Shown one piece after another: positions 7,450 to 16,390 of a DNA stretch of 64,000 nucleotides. Both the position numbers and the translations under genes were made by a program. Below the pieces are notes generated by a model that ran no database searches, was not told the DNA's origin, and saw only the letters and a list, made by a program, of their open reading frames with translations. Position 1 is the stretch's first letter; each line of letters begins with the position of its first letter. Origin of the DNA: Candidatus Scatomorpha merdavium (GTDB lineage Bacteria; Bacillota; Clostridia; Oscillospirales; Oscillospiraceae); assembly GCA_018711415.1 (NCBI GenBank), contig DVIJ01000004.1, forward strand, positions 6,082 through 70,081. Direction: 5' to 3'.

Positions 7450-10077
7450 TCAGTCGCGGGGGGTCTTGATCTGCGCCTGAGCAGCGGCCATGCGGGCGAT
7501 AGGCACGCGGAAGGGGCTGCAGGAGACGTAGTCGAGGCCGACACGGTGGCAGAACTCAACGCTGGAGGGCTCGCCGCCGTGCTCGCCGCAGATGCCGAGG
7601 TGGATGTCCGGGCGGGTGCTGCGGCCCAGCTTGCAGGCCATGTCGACCAGCTTGCCGACGCCGACCTGGTCGATGCGCTCGAAGGGGTCGTTGTCGAAGA
7701 TCTGCTTCTCGTAGTAGCTGGGCAGGAAGCTGCCGGCGTCGTCACGAGAGAAGCCGAAGGTCATCTGGGTGAGGTCGTTGGTGCCGAAGGAGAAGAACTC
7801 GGCCTCTTTGGCGATCTCGTCGGCGGTGAGGGCCGCACGCGGGATCTCGATCATGGTGCCGACCAGGTACTTGAGGTCGCTGTTCTTCTCGGCCTTGACC
7901 TTCTCAGCGGTGGCCTTCACGATGTTGGAGACATACTTGAGCTCCTTGAACTCGCAGGTCAGCGGGATCATGATCTCGGGGACGATGTCGTAGCCGCACT
8001 CGGCCTTGACGTTGATGGCGGCCTCGATGATGGCGCGGGTCTGCATCTCAGCGATCTCGGGGTACTTGACGGGCAGACGGCAGCCGCGGAAGCCCATCAT
8101 GGGGTTGTTCTCGTGCAGGCTGAGGATGGTGCCCTTGACGTAGTCGAAGGTGAGACCCATCTCGTCGGCCAGGGCCTTGATGTCCTCGTCGGCGGTGGGC
8201 AGGAACTCGTGCAGGGGGGGATCCAGCAGGCGGATGGTGACCGGGCGGCCTTCCATGGCCTTGAAGATACCCTCGAAGTCGCCGCGCTGCATGGGCAGCA
8301 GCTTGGCCAGGGCGGCGGCGCGGTGCTCGACGTCGGTGGAGAGGATCATCTCACGCATGGCCGGGATACGGTCGGCGTCGAAGAACATGTGCTCGGTACG
8401 GGTGAGGCCGATGCCCTCGGCGCCCAGACGCACGGCGTTGGCGGCGTCACGCGGGGTGTCGGCGTTGGTGCGGACATTGAGCTTGCGGATGCTGTCCGCC
8501 CAGCCCATGACGACGGCGAAGTCGCCGCTTATCGTGGCGTCGACGGTGGGGATGGCGCCGACATAGACGTTGCCGGTGTTGCCGTCGATGCTCATGACCT
8601 CGCCCTCATTGACGCGGATGTCGCCGATGGTGAGGTACTTCTCATCTTCGTAGATGCGGAGCGCGCCGCAGCCGGCGACGCAGCAGGCGCCCATGCCGCG
8701 GGCGACGACAGCCGCGTGAGAGGTACGGCCGCCGGTAGCGGTCAGGATGCCCTTGGCAGCGGCCATGCCCTCGATGTCCTCGGGGCTGGTGAAGCTGCGG
8801 ACCAGCAGGGTGGGGCCGTTCTTGGCGTGCTTCTTCACGTCCTCAGCGGTGAAGTACACAGCGCCGCAGCCGGCGCCGGGGCTGGCGGCCAGGCCGGTGG
8901 CGACGGGCTTCGCCTTCTTGAGGGCGGCCTCGTCGAAGCGCGGGTGCAGCAGGGCGTTTATCGAGTTGGGGTCTATCTTGAGCAGCGCCTCTTCCTTGGT
9001 GCAGAGGCCCTCGTTCACCATGTCGACGGCGACCTTGAGGGCGGCCTGGGCGGTGCGCTTGCCGTTGCGGGTCTGGAGCATGTAGAGCTTGCCCTGCTCT
9101 ATGGTGAACTCCATGTCCTGCATGTCCTTGTAGTGGCGCTCGAGGTTCTTCGCGACGGCGGCGAACTGGTCGTAGGCCGCGGCGTTGGTCTCGTGGAGCT
9201 GGTCTATGGTCTGGGGGGTGCGGATGCCGGCGACGACGTCCTCGCCCTGGGCGTTCATGAGGAACTCGCCGTAGAGCTTGTTCTCGCCGGTGGCGGGGTC
9301 ACGGGAGAAAGCGACGCCGGTGCCGCAGTCGTCGCCCATGTTGCCGAAGACCATCATCTGGACGTTGACGGCGGTGCCCCAGGAGCTGGGGATGTCGTTC
9401 ATGCGGCGGTAGGCGATGGCGCGGTCGTTCATCCAGGAGCCGAACACGGCGCGGACGGCGGCCATGAGCTGGACCTTCGGGTCGGTCGGGAACTCTTCGC
9501 CGGCGAGCTCTTTGTAGAGGACCTTGAAGCGCTTCACCATCTCCTGCATATCCTCGGCGGTGAGGCCGGCGTCGGTCTCGACGCCGCGCTTTTCCTTGAG
9601 CTCGTCCATGATGGCCTCGAACTTGAGACGGTCATAGCCCATGGCGACGTCGGAGAACATCATGATGAAGCGGCGGTAGCTGTCGTAGGCCCAGCGGACG
9701 TTTCCGCTCTTGGCGGCCAGGGTGGCGGCGACGTCGTCGTTGATGCCGAGGTTCAGGATGGTGTCCATCATGCCGGGCATGGAGGCGCGGGCGCCGGAAC
9801 GGACGGAGACCAGCAGCGGGTTTTCCTTGTCGCCGAACTTCTTGCCGACGAGAGCTTCCATCTTGGCCAGGTACTCAAAGATCTCGGCTTCGATCTCGGG
9901 GGCGATCTTCTCGCCGTCCTCATAGTAGCGGGTGCAGGCCTCAGTGCTTATCGTGAAGCCCTGGGGGACCGGCATTCCGATATTGGTCATCTCGGCCAGG
10001 TTAGCGCCCTTGCCGCCCAGCAGCTCGCGCATATTGGCGTTGCCTTCGGAAAACAGGTAAACGTACTTTTTGCTCAT
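7450..10077 (-). CDS. ppdK: Pyruvate, phosphate dikinase
   Basis: 875 aa. MSKKYVYLFSEGNANMRELLGGKGANLAEM. Phosphohistidine block GGRTSHAAVVARG. PEP-utilising C-terminal domain ending ...CSPFRVPIARMAAAQA. Confidence 0.95.
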   Translation of the reverse strand: MSKKYVYLFSEGNANMRELLGGKGANLAEMTNIGMPVPQGFTISTEACTRYYEDGEKIAPEIEAEIFEYLAKMEALVGKKFGDKENPLLVSVRSGARASMPGMMDTILNLGINDDVAATLAAKSGNVRWAYDSYRRFIMMFSDVAMGYDRLKFEAIMDELKEKRGVETDAGLTAEDMQEMVKRFKVLYKELAGEEFPTDPKVQLMAAVRAVFGSWMNDRAIAYRRMNDIPSSWGTAVNVQMMVFGNMGDDCGTGVAFSRDPATGENKLYGEFLMNAQGEDVVAGIRTPQTIDQLHETNAAAYDQFAAVAKNLERHYKDMQDMEFTIEQGKLYMLQTRNGKRTAQAALKVAVDMVNEGLCTKEEALLKIDPNSINALLHPRFDEAALKKAKPVATGLAASPGAGCGAVYFTAEDVKKHAKNGPTLLVRSFTSPEDIEGMAAAKGILTATGGRTSHAAVVARGMGACCVAGCGALRIYEDEKYLTIGDIRVNEGEVMSIDGNTGNVYVGAIPTVDATISGDFAVVMGWADSIRKLNVRTNADTPRDAANAVRLGAEGIGLTRTEHMFFDADRIPAMREMILSTDVEHRAAALAKLLPMQRGDFEGIFKAMEGRPVTIRLLDPPLHEFLPTADEDIKALADEMGLTFDYVKGTILSLHENNPMMGFRGCRLPVKYPEIAEMQTRAIIEAAINVKAECGYDIVPEIMIPLTCEFKELKYVSNIVKATAEKVKAEKNSDLKYLVGTMIEIPRAALTADEIAKEAEFFSFGTNDLTQMTFGFSRDDAGSFLPSYYEKQIFDNDPFERIDQVGVGKLVDMACKLGRSTRPDIHLGICGEHGGEPSSVEFCHRVGLDYVSCSPFRVPIARMAAAQAQIKTPRD

Positions 10078-10164
10078 CCTTCAACGTCCTTTCAGATTTA
10101 TATGAAGATTTTACCTTAACGAACTGTTTTGACACGATTCAGACGTATCATACAACCCGTGGAA

Positions 10165-10193
10165 AGTATACCATCATTCTCCGCGCAGTTCAA
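10165..10193 (-). promoter_or_regulatory. ppdK promoter
   Basis: Minus strand TTGAAC (10193-10188), 17 nt, TATACT (10170-10165). Confidence 0.5.
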
Positions 10194-10236
10194 GTAGAAT
10201 ATTCCTATATTTTTGCCTGTTCTTTCGGTGTTTTTG

Positions 10237-11106
10237 TTAAGATTCCGGCCTCAGCGCGCAGATGGCGTCCGCGAGGCGGGCATAGTCCGCGCAGGAGAGC
10301 GTCTCGCCCCTGGCGCCCGGGTCCAGGCCGGCGCGCTCGAGCGCTTCGTCGAGCAGGGGCTTATACTCGCCCAGCCCCGCGCCGAGCGCATTTTTGAGCG
10401 TTTTGCGCCTCTGTGCGAAGGCCGCCTTCACGCAGCGGAACATAAGCGCCTCGTCCCGCACGGGGCAGGGCTTTTCCGCTCTCAGCCTGAGCCGCACGAC
10501 GCTGGAGGTCACCTTCGGCCGCGGCATGAAGCACTCGGGCGGCACGTCGAAGAGCCGCTCGGCCTCGCAGTGCCAGTTCAGATACAGGGAAAAGGCCCCG
10601 TAATCCGGCGTCCCCGGCGCGGCGGTCAGGCGCAGCGCCACCTCGCGCTGTATCATCACCGTTATCTGCTCGAATATCCCCGCGTCTATGAACTTTGCCA
10701 AAAGCGGCGTCGTGACGTTGTAGGGCAGGTTCGCACAGACCCGGTAACGCATACCCGGGCATTTTTCGCGCAGGAGCGCGGCGAGGTCTGTTTTGAGCGC
10801 GTCGCCCTGGACCACCTCGGCGTTCGGGCATCCGGCGAGCGTCTCGGCCAGGACGGGGAGCAGGCCCCGGTCCAGCTCGACTGCCAGGACCCGCTCCGCC
10901 CTCTGGGCGAGCTCGGACGTGAGACAGCCGACTCCTGGGCCGACCTCCAGGACGGCGAGGCCCTCTCCCCCGCCCTCGCAGCCGGCCTCGGCTATGCGCC
11001 GGGGGACCGAGGGCTCTATGAGGAAGTTCTGGCCCAGGCCCTTGGAAAAGCGCAGGCCGTGCCGCTCCATGAGCGCCTTTATCTCGTTCGGGCTGGTCAG
11101 ACGCAC
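10237..11106 (-). CDS. rsmA: 16S rRNA (adenine1518/1519-N6)-dimethyltransferase
   Basis: 289 aa. FSKGLGQNFL, SAM site VLEVGPGVGCLT, CANLPYNVTTPLL. Confidence 0.92.
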   Translation of the reverse strand: MRLTSPNEIKALMERHGLRFSKGLGQNFLIEPSVPRRIAEAGCEGGGEGLAVLEVGPGVGCLTSELAQRAERVLAVELDRGLLPVLAETLAGCPNAEVVQGDALKTDLAALLREKCPGMRYRVCANLPYNVTTPLLAKFIDAGIFEQITVMIQREVALRLTAAPGTPDYGAFSLYLNWHCEAERLFDVPPECFMPRPKVTSSVVRLRLRAEKPCPVRDEALMFRCVKAAFAQRRKTLKNALGAGLGEYKPLLDEALERAGLDPGARGETLSCADYARLADAICALRPES

Positions 11107-11900
11107 CTTGCCCTCCTTGCCGCGCCTATGGCGGTGGCGCAGGCGCTGTGCTCCGGGATGAGGAACTGCGTGCCGTAGACCCGCTCGAACTGGGCGAAGT
11201 TCCTGCGCGAGGGCGCGCTTCCGGCCATCGCGCCTATGACGACCACGGCTGAGGCTCCGCTGCCCGCGCAGGCCATCAGGCTCATCGTACCGATGACCTG
11301 GAGCACCAGGGTCGAGATGCCCGCGGCCCAGTCCTCATCGGAGGCCGTGGGGTCCATCCGGGCGAGGTTCGAGGCGGTTATCTCCTGGTCCAGGATGCCG
11401 TAGCCCTCGACGAAGTCGCCGATGAGCAGGTCCACCTTGCCGTTGCGGCCGCGCATGGCCATCTCGTTGAGCCGGGACATGTCCTCCAGGCCCAGGAGCT
11501 TGACGGAAAGGCCCTTGAGCGTCCCGCCGCCGACGCCCGTGCCGCACAGGTGGGTATACTCCCCGGCCTTGGCCCGGACGAAGGCCGTGCCTGTGCCGAT
11601 GCTCGCCACGACGATATCGTCCCTGCCGCTCAGCCAGCAGGCGCCCTCGCCTATGGCCTCCGGCTCGGAGATGTAGCTCAGCGGGCGTCCCAGGCGCTCC
11701 AGGCCGGAGTTCTTGGCTGCGAGCCCCGTCAGGGCGATGGTCTCGGCCTCCGCCGCATCCAGGCCCAGGCGCTCCAGCATCGCCGGGACGTCCCCGCCCC
11801 GGCCGTGCTCGTAGTGCGTGCGGAGGATGCGCTCTCCCTCCAGGGCGCAGAGCTTCACCGCGGAAGCGCCCATATCAACGCCGATTATCATTTGATGCAC
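11097..11900 (-). CDS. coaW: Type II pantothenate kinase-like ASKHA ATPase
   Basis: 267 aa. IIGVDMGASAVK, SIGTGTAF, GTGVGGGTLKGL and TASNLA blocks parallel the staphylococcal type II PanK as I remember it. 10-nt overlap with rsmA. Confidence 0.65.
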   Translation of the reverse strand: MHQMIIGVDMGASAVKLCALEGERILRTHYEHGRGGDVPAMLERLGLDAAEAETIALTGLAAKNSGLERLGRPLSYISEPEAIGEGACWLSGRDDIVVASIGTGTAFVRAKAGEYTHLCGTGVGGGTLKGLSVKLLGLEDMSRLNEMAMRGRNGKVDLLIGDFVEGYGILDQEITASNLARMDPTASDEDWAAGISTLVLQVIGTMSLMACAGSGASAVVVIGAMAGSAPSRRNFAQFERVYGTQFLIPEHSACATAIGAARRARCV

Positions 11901-11909
11901 CTCACAGGC

Positions 11910-12110
11910 TCATTCGAGCGTATTTTGCGCCGCGCTGTCCACGACGACGTTACCGTTTGCGTCCAGCAGCGGCGTGATATGCGTCGGCGTGAGCCCGCCG
12001 ACGGCGAGGTAGTTGACGCCAGTCTGCATGTCCACCACGACATACAGCATGCCCGCTCCCAGGCCCTGGTTCTCCTTGATGACGAAACGATCCGGTTTCT
12101 TCTTTGCCAT
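11910..12110 (-). CDS. Small conserved hypothetical protein (I recall this family as DUF6440)
   Basis: 66 aa. MAKKKPDRFVIKENQGLGAGMLYVVVDMQTGVNYL...PLLDANGNVV. AGGAGGGGG SD 5 nt upstream. Confidence 0.6.
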   Translation of the reverse strand: MAKKKPDRFVIKENQGLGAGMLYVVVDMQTGVNYLAVGGLTPTHITPLLDANGNVVVDSAAQNTLE

Positions 12111-12133
12111 GCTTCCCCCTCCTTTTCAGCAGC

Positions 12134-13429
12134 TCAGATAAGCTTCTCGTAGGCGTTGCGCCGCGAATCGTGGCCCGGGTCCATGAGACTGACGTCCACC
12201 TCGCCGCAGTAAGTAAAGCCCAGCTTCTCGCTTGCCAGGCGGTTCATGGCCCTGTTGTCCCTGTGCGTATCGACCCTCACGGAGGCCTTGCCCAGGCCCG
12301 CCGCCAGGTCGAAGGCCAGGGAGAACATGTCCCGCGCGAGCCTCGTGCCGCGGTACTTGTCCGCGGTCATCGCCCGGTGGACGACGGCGTAGTTGTCGCC
12401 CTCGGCGAGCCATGCGCCGTCGATGACGTCGTAGCTCGGCTCGTGCAGCATGGAGATGCAGACGTAGCCCGCGAGCTCTCCCTCGTGCTCGAACACCCAG
12501 CCCCGGCCTAGCTCTATGTCCCCGTAGAGGACCTCCTCCCTGGGGTATCCGTCCTGCCACTGGTCCACGCCGCTCTCGCGCAGGTACCTCTGCGCCTGAG
12601 CGACGATCTCCATGACGCCCGGCACGTCCGAGGGCTCCGCGCGCCGGGGTTCGAAGCGCAGCTTTTCGCCCTCGGGCAGGCGCTCATATTTTATCTCTTC
12701 GACGAGTTTTCTGTCCATTTTGTCTCCAAGCTCCAGTTTTTCAAACATATCGGGCCGCTTGTCCAGGGTTCGCTCGAGCTGTTTTTTCCTGCGCCACTTG
12801 GCCACCTTGGCGTGGTCGCCCGTGAGCAGGACCTCCGGCACGGCGCGGCCCTCCCAGACCTCGGGGCGCGTGTACTGCGGGTATTCGAGCAGGCCGTCCC
12901 AATGGCTCTCGCCGGTGTAGCACTCCTCGTCCGCGAGGACGCCCGGGACCATCCGGCAGACGCAGTCCGCCACGGCCATCGCGGCTATCTCGCCGCCAGT
13001 CAGCACGAAGTCGCCCAGCGATATCTCCTCGTCCACGCACTCCTCGATAAAGCGCTCGTCCACGCCCTCATAGTGGCCGCAGACGAGGACGAGGTGGTCA
13101 TAGTCCCGCCGGAGCCGTTTGGCCTCCTCCTGATCGAAGGGCTTCCCCTGCGGGGACATATAGATGACGCGGCTGCGCCTCTTCCCGGCCTTGGACATGA
13201 TGTCGTCCAGGCAGCTCTTGAGGGGCTGCGCCATCATGACGAGGCCCCAGCCGCCGCCGTAGGGGTAGTCGTCCACCTGCATCTGCTTATTCTCTGTGTA
13301 GTCGCGTATCTGGACGCAGTTTATCTCCACCGCGCCCTTCTTGGCGGCGCGGCCTATGATGCTCTCCCCCAGGACCGCGCTCATGCTGCCCGGGAAGAGG
13401 GTCATTATATCTATCCTGTACGGCTCCAC
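12134..13429 (-). CDS. trmD: tRNA (guanine37-N1)-methyltransferase fused to a C-terminal GNAT acetyltransferase domain
   Basis: 431 aa, GTG 13429. TrmD blocks IDIMTLFP, YPYGGGWGLVM, VCGHYEGVDER, SLGDFVLTGGE (aa 1 to about 245). GNAT-like aa about 258-431 (WVFEHEGELAGYVCIS, YRGTRLARDMF, NRAMNRLASEKLGF). No stop at the junction. Confidence 0.9.
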   Translation of the reverse strand: MEPYRIDIMTLFPGSMSAVLGESIIGRAAKKGAVEINCVQIRDYTENKQMQVDDYPYGGGWGLVMMAQPLKSCLDDIMSKAGKRRSRVIYMSPQGKPFDQEEAKRLRRDYDHLVLVCGHYEGVDERFIEECVDEEISLGDFVLTGGEIAAMAVADCVCRMVPGVLADEECYTGESHWDGLLEYPQYTRPEVWEGRAVPEVLLTGDHAKVAKWRRKKQLERTLDKRPDMFEKLELGDKMDRKLVEEIKYERLPEGEKLRFEPRRAEPSDVPGVMEIVAQAQRYLRESGVDQWQDGYPREEVLYGDIELGRGWVFEHEGELAGYVCISMLHEPSYDVIDGAWLAEGDNYAVVHRAMTADKYRGTRLARDMFSLAFDLAAGLGKASVRVDTHRDNRAMNRLASEKLGFTYCGEVDVSLMDPGHDSRRNAYEKLI

Positions 13430-13430
13430 G

Positions 13431-13916
13431 TCACATCCCCTCTATCAGCCGGACGGTGATGACGCCGGCGTCGGCGTCCGTCCTCAGAATGAACTCCGGC
13501 ACGGCGGGGATGAGCCGCTCCCTTTCGCCCTTCACGACGTAGACCATGGACGCCGGCGCGTCTATGACCTCCGCGAGCTGCCCTATGCTCTCGCCGGACT
13601 CGGTGACTACCTCGGCGCCGATGATGTCCTGGATGAAGTAGCCGCCCTTGGGGAGCTTTGCGTCCGCGCGGTCTATGAACACGCGCCTGCCCTTGAGGCG
13701 CATGGCGGCGTTCACGTCCTCCACGCCCTCGAGCCGGGCGAGAACAGTCTGCTTGTGTACGCGCGCGGCGAGCACCCTCACGGGCGCGCCGTCTATATAC
13801 AGGGTCCGGAACTTCGCCAAAAACTCCGCCGAATCGGTCCAGGGCAGGATCTTTACCTCGCCCCGGACGCCGTGGGTGTTGACGATCTCCCCGGCCTCGA
13901 TGAATCTCTCTTTCAT
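13431..13916 (-). CDS. rimM: 16S rRNA processing protein RimM
   Basis: 161 aa. GEIVNTHGVRGEVKILPWTD... PRC-barrel C-terminus. Canonical operon position. Confidence 0.9.
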   Translation of the reverse strand: MKERFIEAGEIVNTHGVRGEVKILPWTDSAEFLAKFRTLYIDGAPVRVLAARVHKQTVLARLEGVEDVNAAMRLKGRRVFIDRADAKLPKGGYFIQDIIGAEVVTESGESIGQLAEVIDAPASMVYVVKGERERLIPAVPEFILRTDADAGVITVRLIEGM

Positions 13917-13944
13917 ATCGACCCGCCTTTTACCAAATGCAAGC

Positions 13945-13970
13945 TAAGGGAGGCGTTTTCGCCTCCCTTA
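13945..13970 (-). terminator. Intra-operon hairpin between khpA and rimM (attenuator or processing site)
   Basis: taagggaggcg NNNN cgcctccctta, 11-bp perfect stem 3 nt after the khpA stop. No clear U tract. Confidence 0.4.
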
Positions 13971-13973
13971 ACT

Positions 13974-14204
13974 TCAGTCCACGATCTCCACGGACACTTT
14001 TTTGCCCTTTCTCTGGGCGACGGCCTTCATGAGGACGCGGATCTCTTTAACGATCCGGCCCTGGCGGCCGATGACCTTGCCCATATCGCCCTCGGCGACG
14101 CGGACCTCAAAAACGGTCTCGCCGTCGGCTTTGCGCTCGGTCACGGAGACCTCGTCGGGTTTTTCGACGAGGCTCTGTATAATGTAGGTCAGAAGTTCTT
14201 TCAT
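13974..14204 (-). CDS. khpA: KH-domain RNA-binding protein (YlqC/KhpA)
   Basis: 76 aa. MKELLTYIIQSLVEKPDEV...GKVIGRQGRIVKEIR (GxxG KH motif). Confidence 0.9.
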   Translation of the reverse strand: MKELLTYIIQSLVEKPDEVSVTERKADGETVFEVRVAEGDMGKVIGRQGRIVKEIRVLMKAVAQRKGKKVSVEIVD

Positions 14205-14222
14205 CGTCTAGTTTGCAGCTCC

Positions 14223-14459
14223 TTAGGCCTCAGCCTTTTTCAAGAGGCCCCTGACGGTATCGGTCGGCTGGGCGCCGTTGGCGATCCAGTACTTGGCGCG
14301 CTCCAGGTCCACCTTCAGCTTCTCGCTGTCGGCGAGGGGGTCGTAGGTGCCTATCTCCTCGATGAAGCGGCCGTCGCGCGGGCTGCGCGAATCCGCGACC
14401 ACGATGCGGTAGTAGGGGGCCTTCTTGGCGCCCATCCTGCGAAGTCTGATCTTGACCAT
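14223..14459 (-). CDS. rpsP: 30S ribosomal protein S16
   Basis: 78 aa. [41 protein letters not shown]. Confidence 0.97.
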   Translation of the reverse strand: MVKIRLRRMGAKKAPYYRIVVADSRSPRDGRFIEEIGTYDPLADSEKLKVDLERAKYWIANGAQPTDTVRGLLKKAEA

Positions 14460-14520
14460 GTATTTTCACCTCCGTTGTTAGTCTGAGTCATATGTTGAAC
14501 CGCCCTCCGGCGGGTGCAAC

Positions 14521-15876
14521 CTAGAAACCGGGGAAGCCGCCCATGCCGGGCATACCGCCCATCTTGGCGAACTTTTTCATCTTGCGGCTGTTGCCGGACA
14601 TCTGCTTCACGAGCTGGAGCATCATGTCGTATTGCTTGAGCAGCCTGTTGACGTCCACGACCGTCGTCCCGGAGCCGGCGGCGATGCGCTTTTTGCGCGA
14701 GTTGCCGAGGATACCGGGGTTTTCGCGCTCCTTCGGAGTCATGGAGAGGATGATGGCCTCGGTGCGGGCCATGGCCTTTTCGTCCACCTTGGCGCCCTTG
14801 AGGCTCTTGGCGTTCATGCCGAGCATCCCGGCGATGTCCTCCATGGAGCCCATGCCCTTGAGCTGCTTCATCTGCTCGAGGTAGTCCGTCAGGGTGAAGC
14901 GGTTCTGGCGGAGCTTGTCGGCCATTTCGGCGGCCTTTTTCTCGTCCAGGGTCTGCTCGGCCTTTTCTATGAGGGTGAGCACGTCGCCCATGCCGAGGAT
15001 ACGGCCGGCCATGCGGTCCGGGTGGAAGGCCTCGATCTGGTCGAGCTTTTCGCCCACGCCGGCGAATTTTATGGGCTTGCCCGTCACGGCCGTGACGGAG
15101 AGGGCCGCGCCGCCCCTGGCGTCGCCGTCGAGCTTCGTGAGCATGACGCCCGTCACGTCCAGGGCCTCGTCGAAGGCGGAGGCCGCGTTCACGGCGTCCT
15201 GACCCGTCATAGCGTCCACCACGAGCAGGATCTCCGCGGGCTCCGTTGCGGCCTTGATGTTTTTGAGCTCGTCCATGAGCTCTTCGTCTATGTGGAGGCG
15301 GCCTGCCGTGTCCAGGAACACGAGGTCGCTGCCGAACTTTTTCGCGTGGGCTATGCCCGCCTTGGCGATCTCCACGGGGTCGCCCTGGCCCATCTGAAAG
15401 ACCGGGATGCCGAGCTTTTCGCCCACGGTCTCGAGCTGCTTTATCGCGGCGGGACGGTAGACGTCACAGGCGACGAGCAGCGGGCGCTTGCCCTGTTTTT
15501 TCATGAGCGCGGCGAGCTTTGCGCCGTTTGTCGTCTTGCCGGCGCCCTGCAGGCCCACCAGCATGACCACGCTCGGGCTCTTGGAGGAGATGTTGAGCTT
15601 CTGGTTTTCGCTGCCCATGAGCTCGCGCAGCTCCTCGTTTACTATCTTCACGACCATCTGCGCCGGCGTCAGGCTTTCCATGACCTCCGCGCCCTTGGCG
15701 CGCTCGGAGACGCGCTTCACAAAGTCCTTCACGACCTTGTAGCTCACGTCCGCCTCGAGCAGGGCCAGGCGCACCTCGCGCATGGCCTCGCTTATGTCCA
15801 GCTCCGTCAGGCGGCCCTTGCCGCGGAGCTTTTTGAACGTTGCGTTCAGCTTATCGGAAAGGCTCTCAAAAGCCAC
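14521..15876 (-). CDS. ffh: Signal recognition particle protein Ffh
   Basis: 451 aa. GTPase motifs GLQGAGKTT, DTAGR, TKLDGD. Met-rich M domain. Confidence 0.97.
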   Translation of the reverse strand: MAFESLSDKLNATFKKLRGKGRLTELDISEAMREVRLALLEADVSYKVVKDFVKRVSERAKGAEVMESLTPAQMVVKIVNEELRELMGSENQKLNISSKSPSVVMLVGLQGAGKTTNGAKLAALMKKQGKRPLLVACDVYRPAAIKQLETVGEKLGIPVFQMGQGDPVEIAKAGIAHAKKFGSDLVFLDTAGRLHIDEELMDELKNIKAATEPAEILLVVDAMTGQDAVNAASAFDEALDVTGVMLTKLDGDARGGAALSVTAVTGKPIKFAGVGEKLDQIEAFHPDRMAGRILGMGDVLTLIEKAEQTLDEKKAAEMADKLRQNRFTLTDYLEQMKQLKGMGSMEDIAGMLGMNAKSLKGAKVDEKAMARTEAIILSMTPKERENPGILGNSRKKRIAAGSGTTVVDVNRLLKQYDMMLQLVKQMSGNSRKMKKFAKMGGMPGMGGFPGF

Positions 15877-15891
15877 TGTGAATCGCCTCCC

Positions 15892-16242
15892 TCACTCGTC
15901 CAGGCTGTGCAGCGCGGCGATGACCTCCCGCGCCGTGTCTCTTGCATTTTCGTCCGCCGAGCCGAGGAGCGTGGAGAGCTTGGTCTCTATCTCCGAAAGC
16001 GCCTCCCGCCTGGCCCGGAACCGCGCCACGAGGCCCGTCTTGGCCTCTATCTCGCGGAGCGCGGCCTCCGCCCGCCTGATAATGTCCCAAACGCCCTGGC
16101 GGGAGATCCCGCCGATGTCCGCGATCTCCGCAAGGGAGAGGTCCTCGTTATAGTGCAGGTCAAAGTATTCGCGCTGTTTTTCCGTCAGCAGCTCTCCGTA
16201 GAAGTCGAAGAGCATCGTTCTCTCCACGGGTCCTTCCGCCAT
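15892..16242 (-). CDS. ylxM: UPF0122/YlxM putative DNA-binding protein
   Basis: 116 aa. LFDFYGELLTEKQREYFDLHYNEDLSLAEIA..GISRQGV. Immediately upstream of ffh. Confidence 0.9.
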   Translation of the reverse strand: MAEGPVERTMLFDFYGELLTEKQREYFDLHYNEDLSLAEIADIGGISRQGVWDIIRRAEAALREIEAKTGLVARFRARREALSEIETKLSTLLGSADENARDTAREVIAALHSLDE

Positions 16243-16271
16243 GGCGCGCTCCCCTCCTTCAAACCTCTGTG

Positions 16272-16300
16272 ATTATACACGCCCTCCCCGGTGCTGTCAA
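16272..16300 (-). promoter_or_regulatory. ylxM-ffh operon promoter (consensus)
   Basis: Minus strand TTGACA (16300-16295), 17 nt, TATAAT (16277-16272). GAAGGAGGGGAG SD before ATG 16242. Confidence 0.65.
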
Positions 16301-16390
16301 GTACTTTTCTTTTACAGCCCTCGCGGTATACGAAAGGCCCGCGCGGGGCAAAGTAAATCTTGCGAATTTTCATCGGATAGGGTGATAAAA

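Noticed and set aside
7168-10119. 983-aa plus-strand ORF covering the whole ppdK locus
   Set aside because: It is antisense to an unmistakable 875-aa PpdK. Its translation is low-complexity (G/A/V/D/L/H-rich) with no motif. This is a typical stop-poor antisense frame of GC-rich DNA. The same reasoning applies to 98..1156, 2649..3950, 14632..16272, 32714..34105, 39781..41001, 41183..42559, 52221..53951, 56391..58130 and 62053..63264.
16241-16390. 50-codon N-terminal extension of the giant ORF (track start 16241)
   Set aside because: The extension runs through the consensus ylxM promoter and overlaps the ylxM start codon. ATG 16391 has an AGGGTG SD, and the conserved sequence begins after it.
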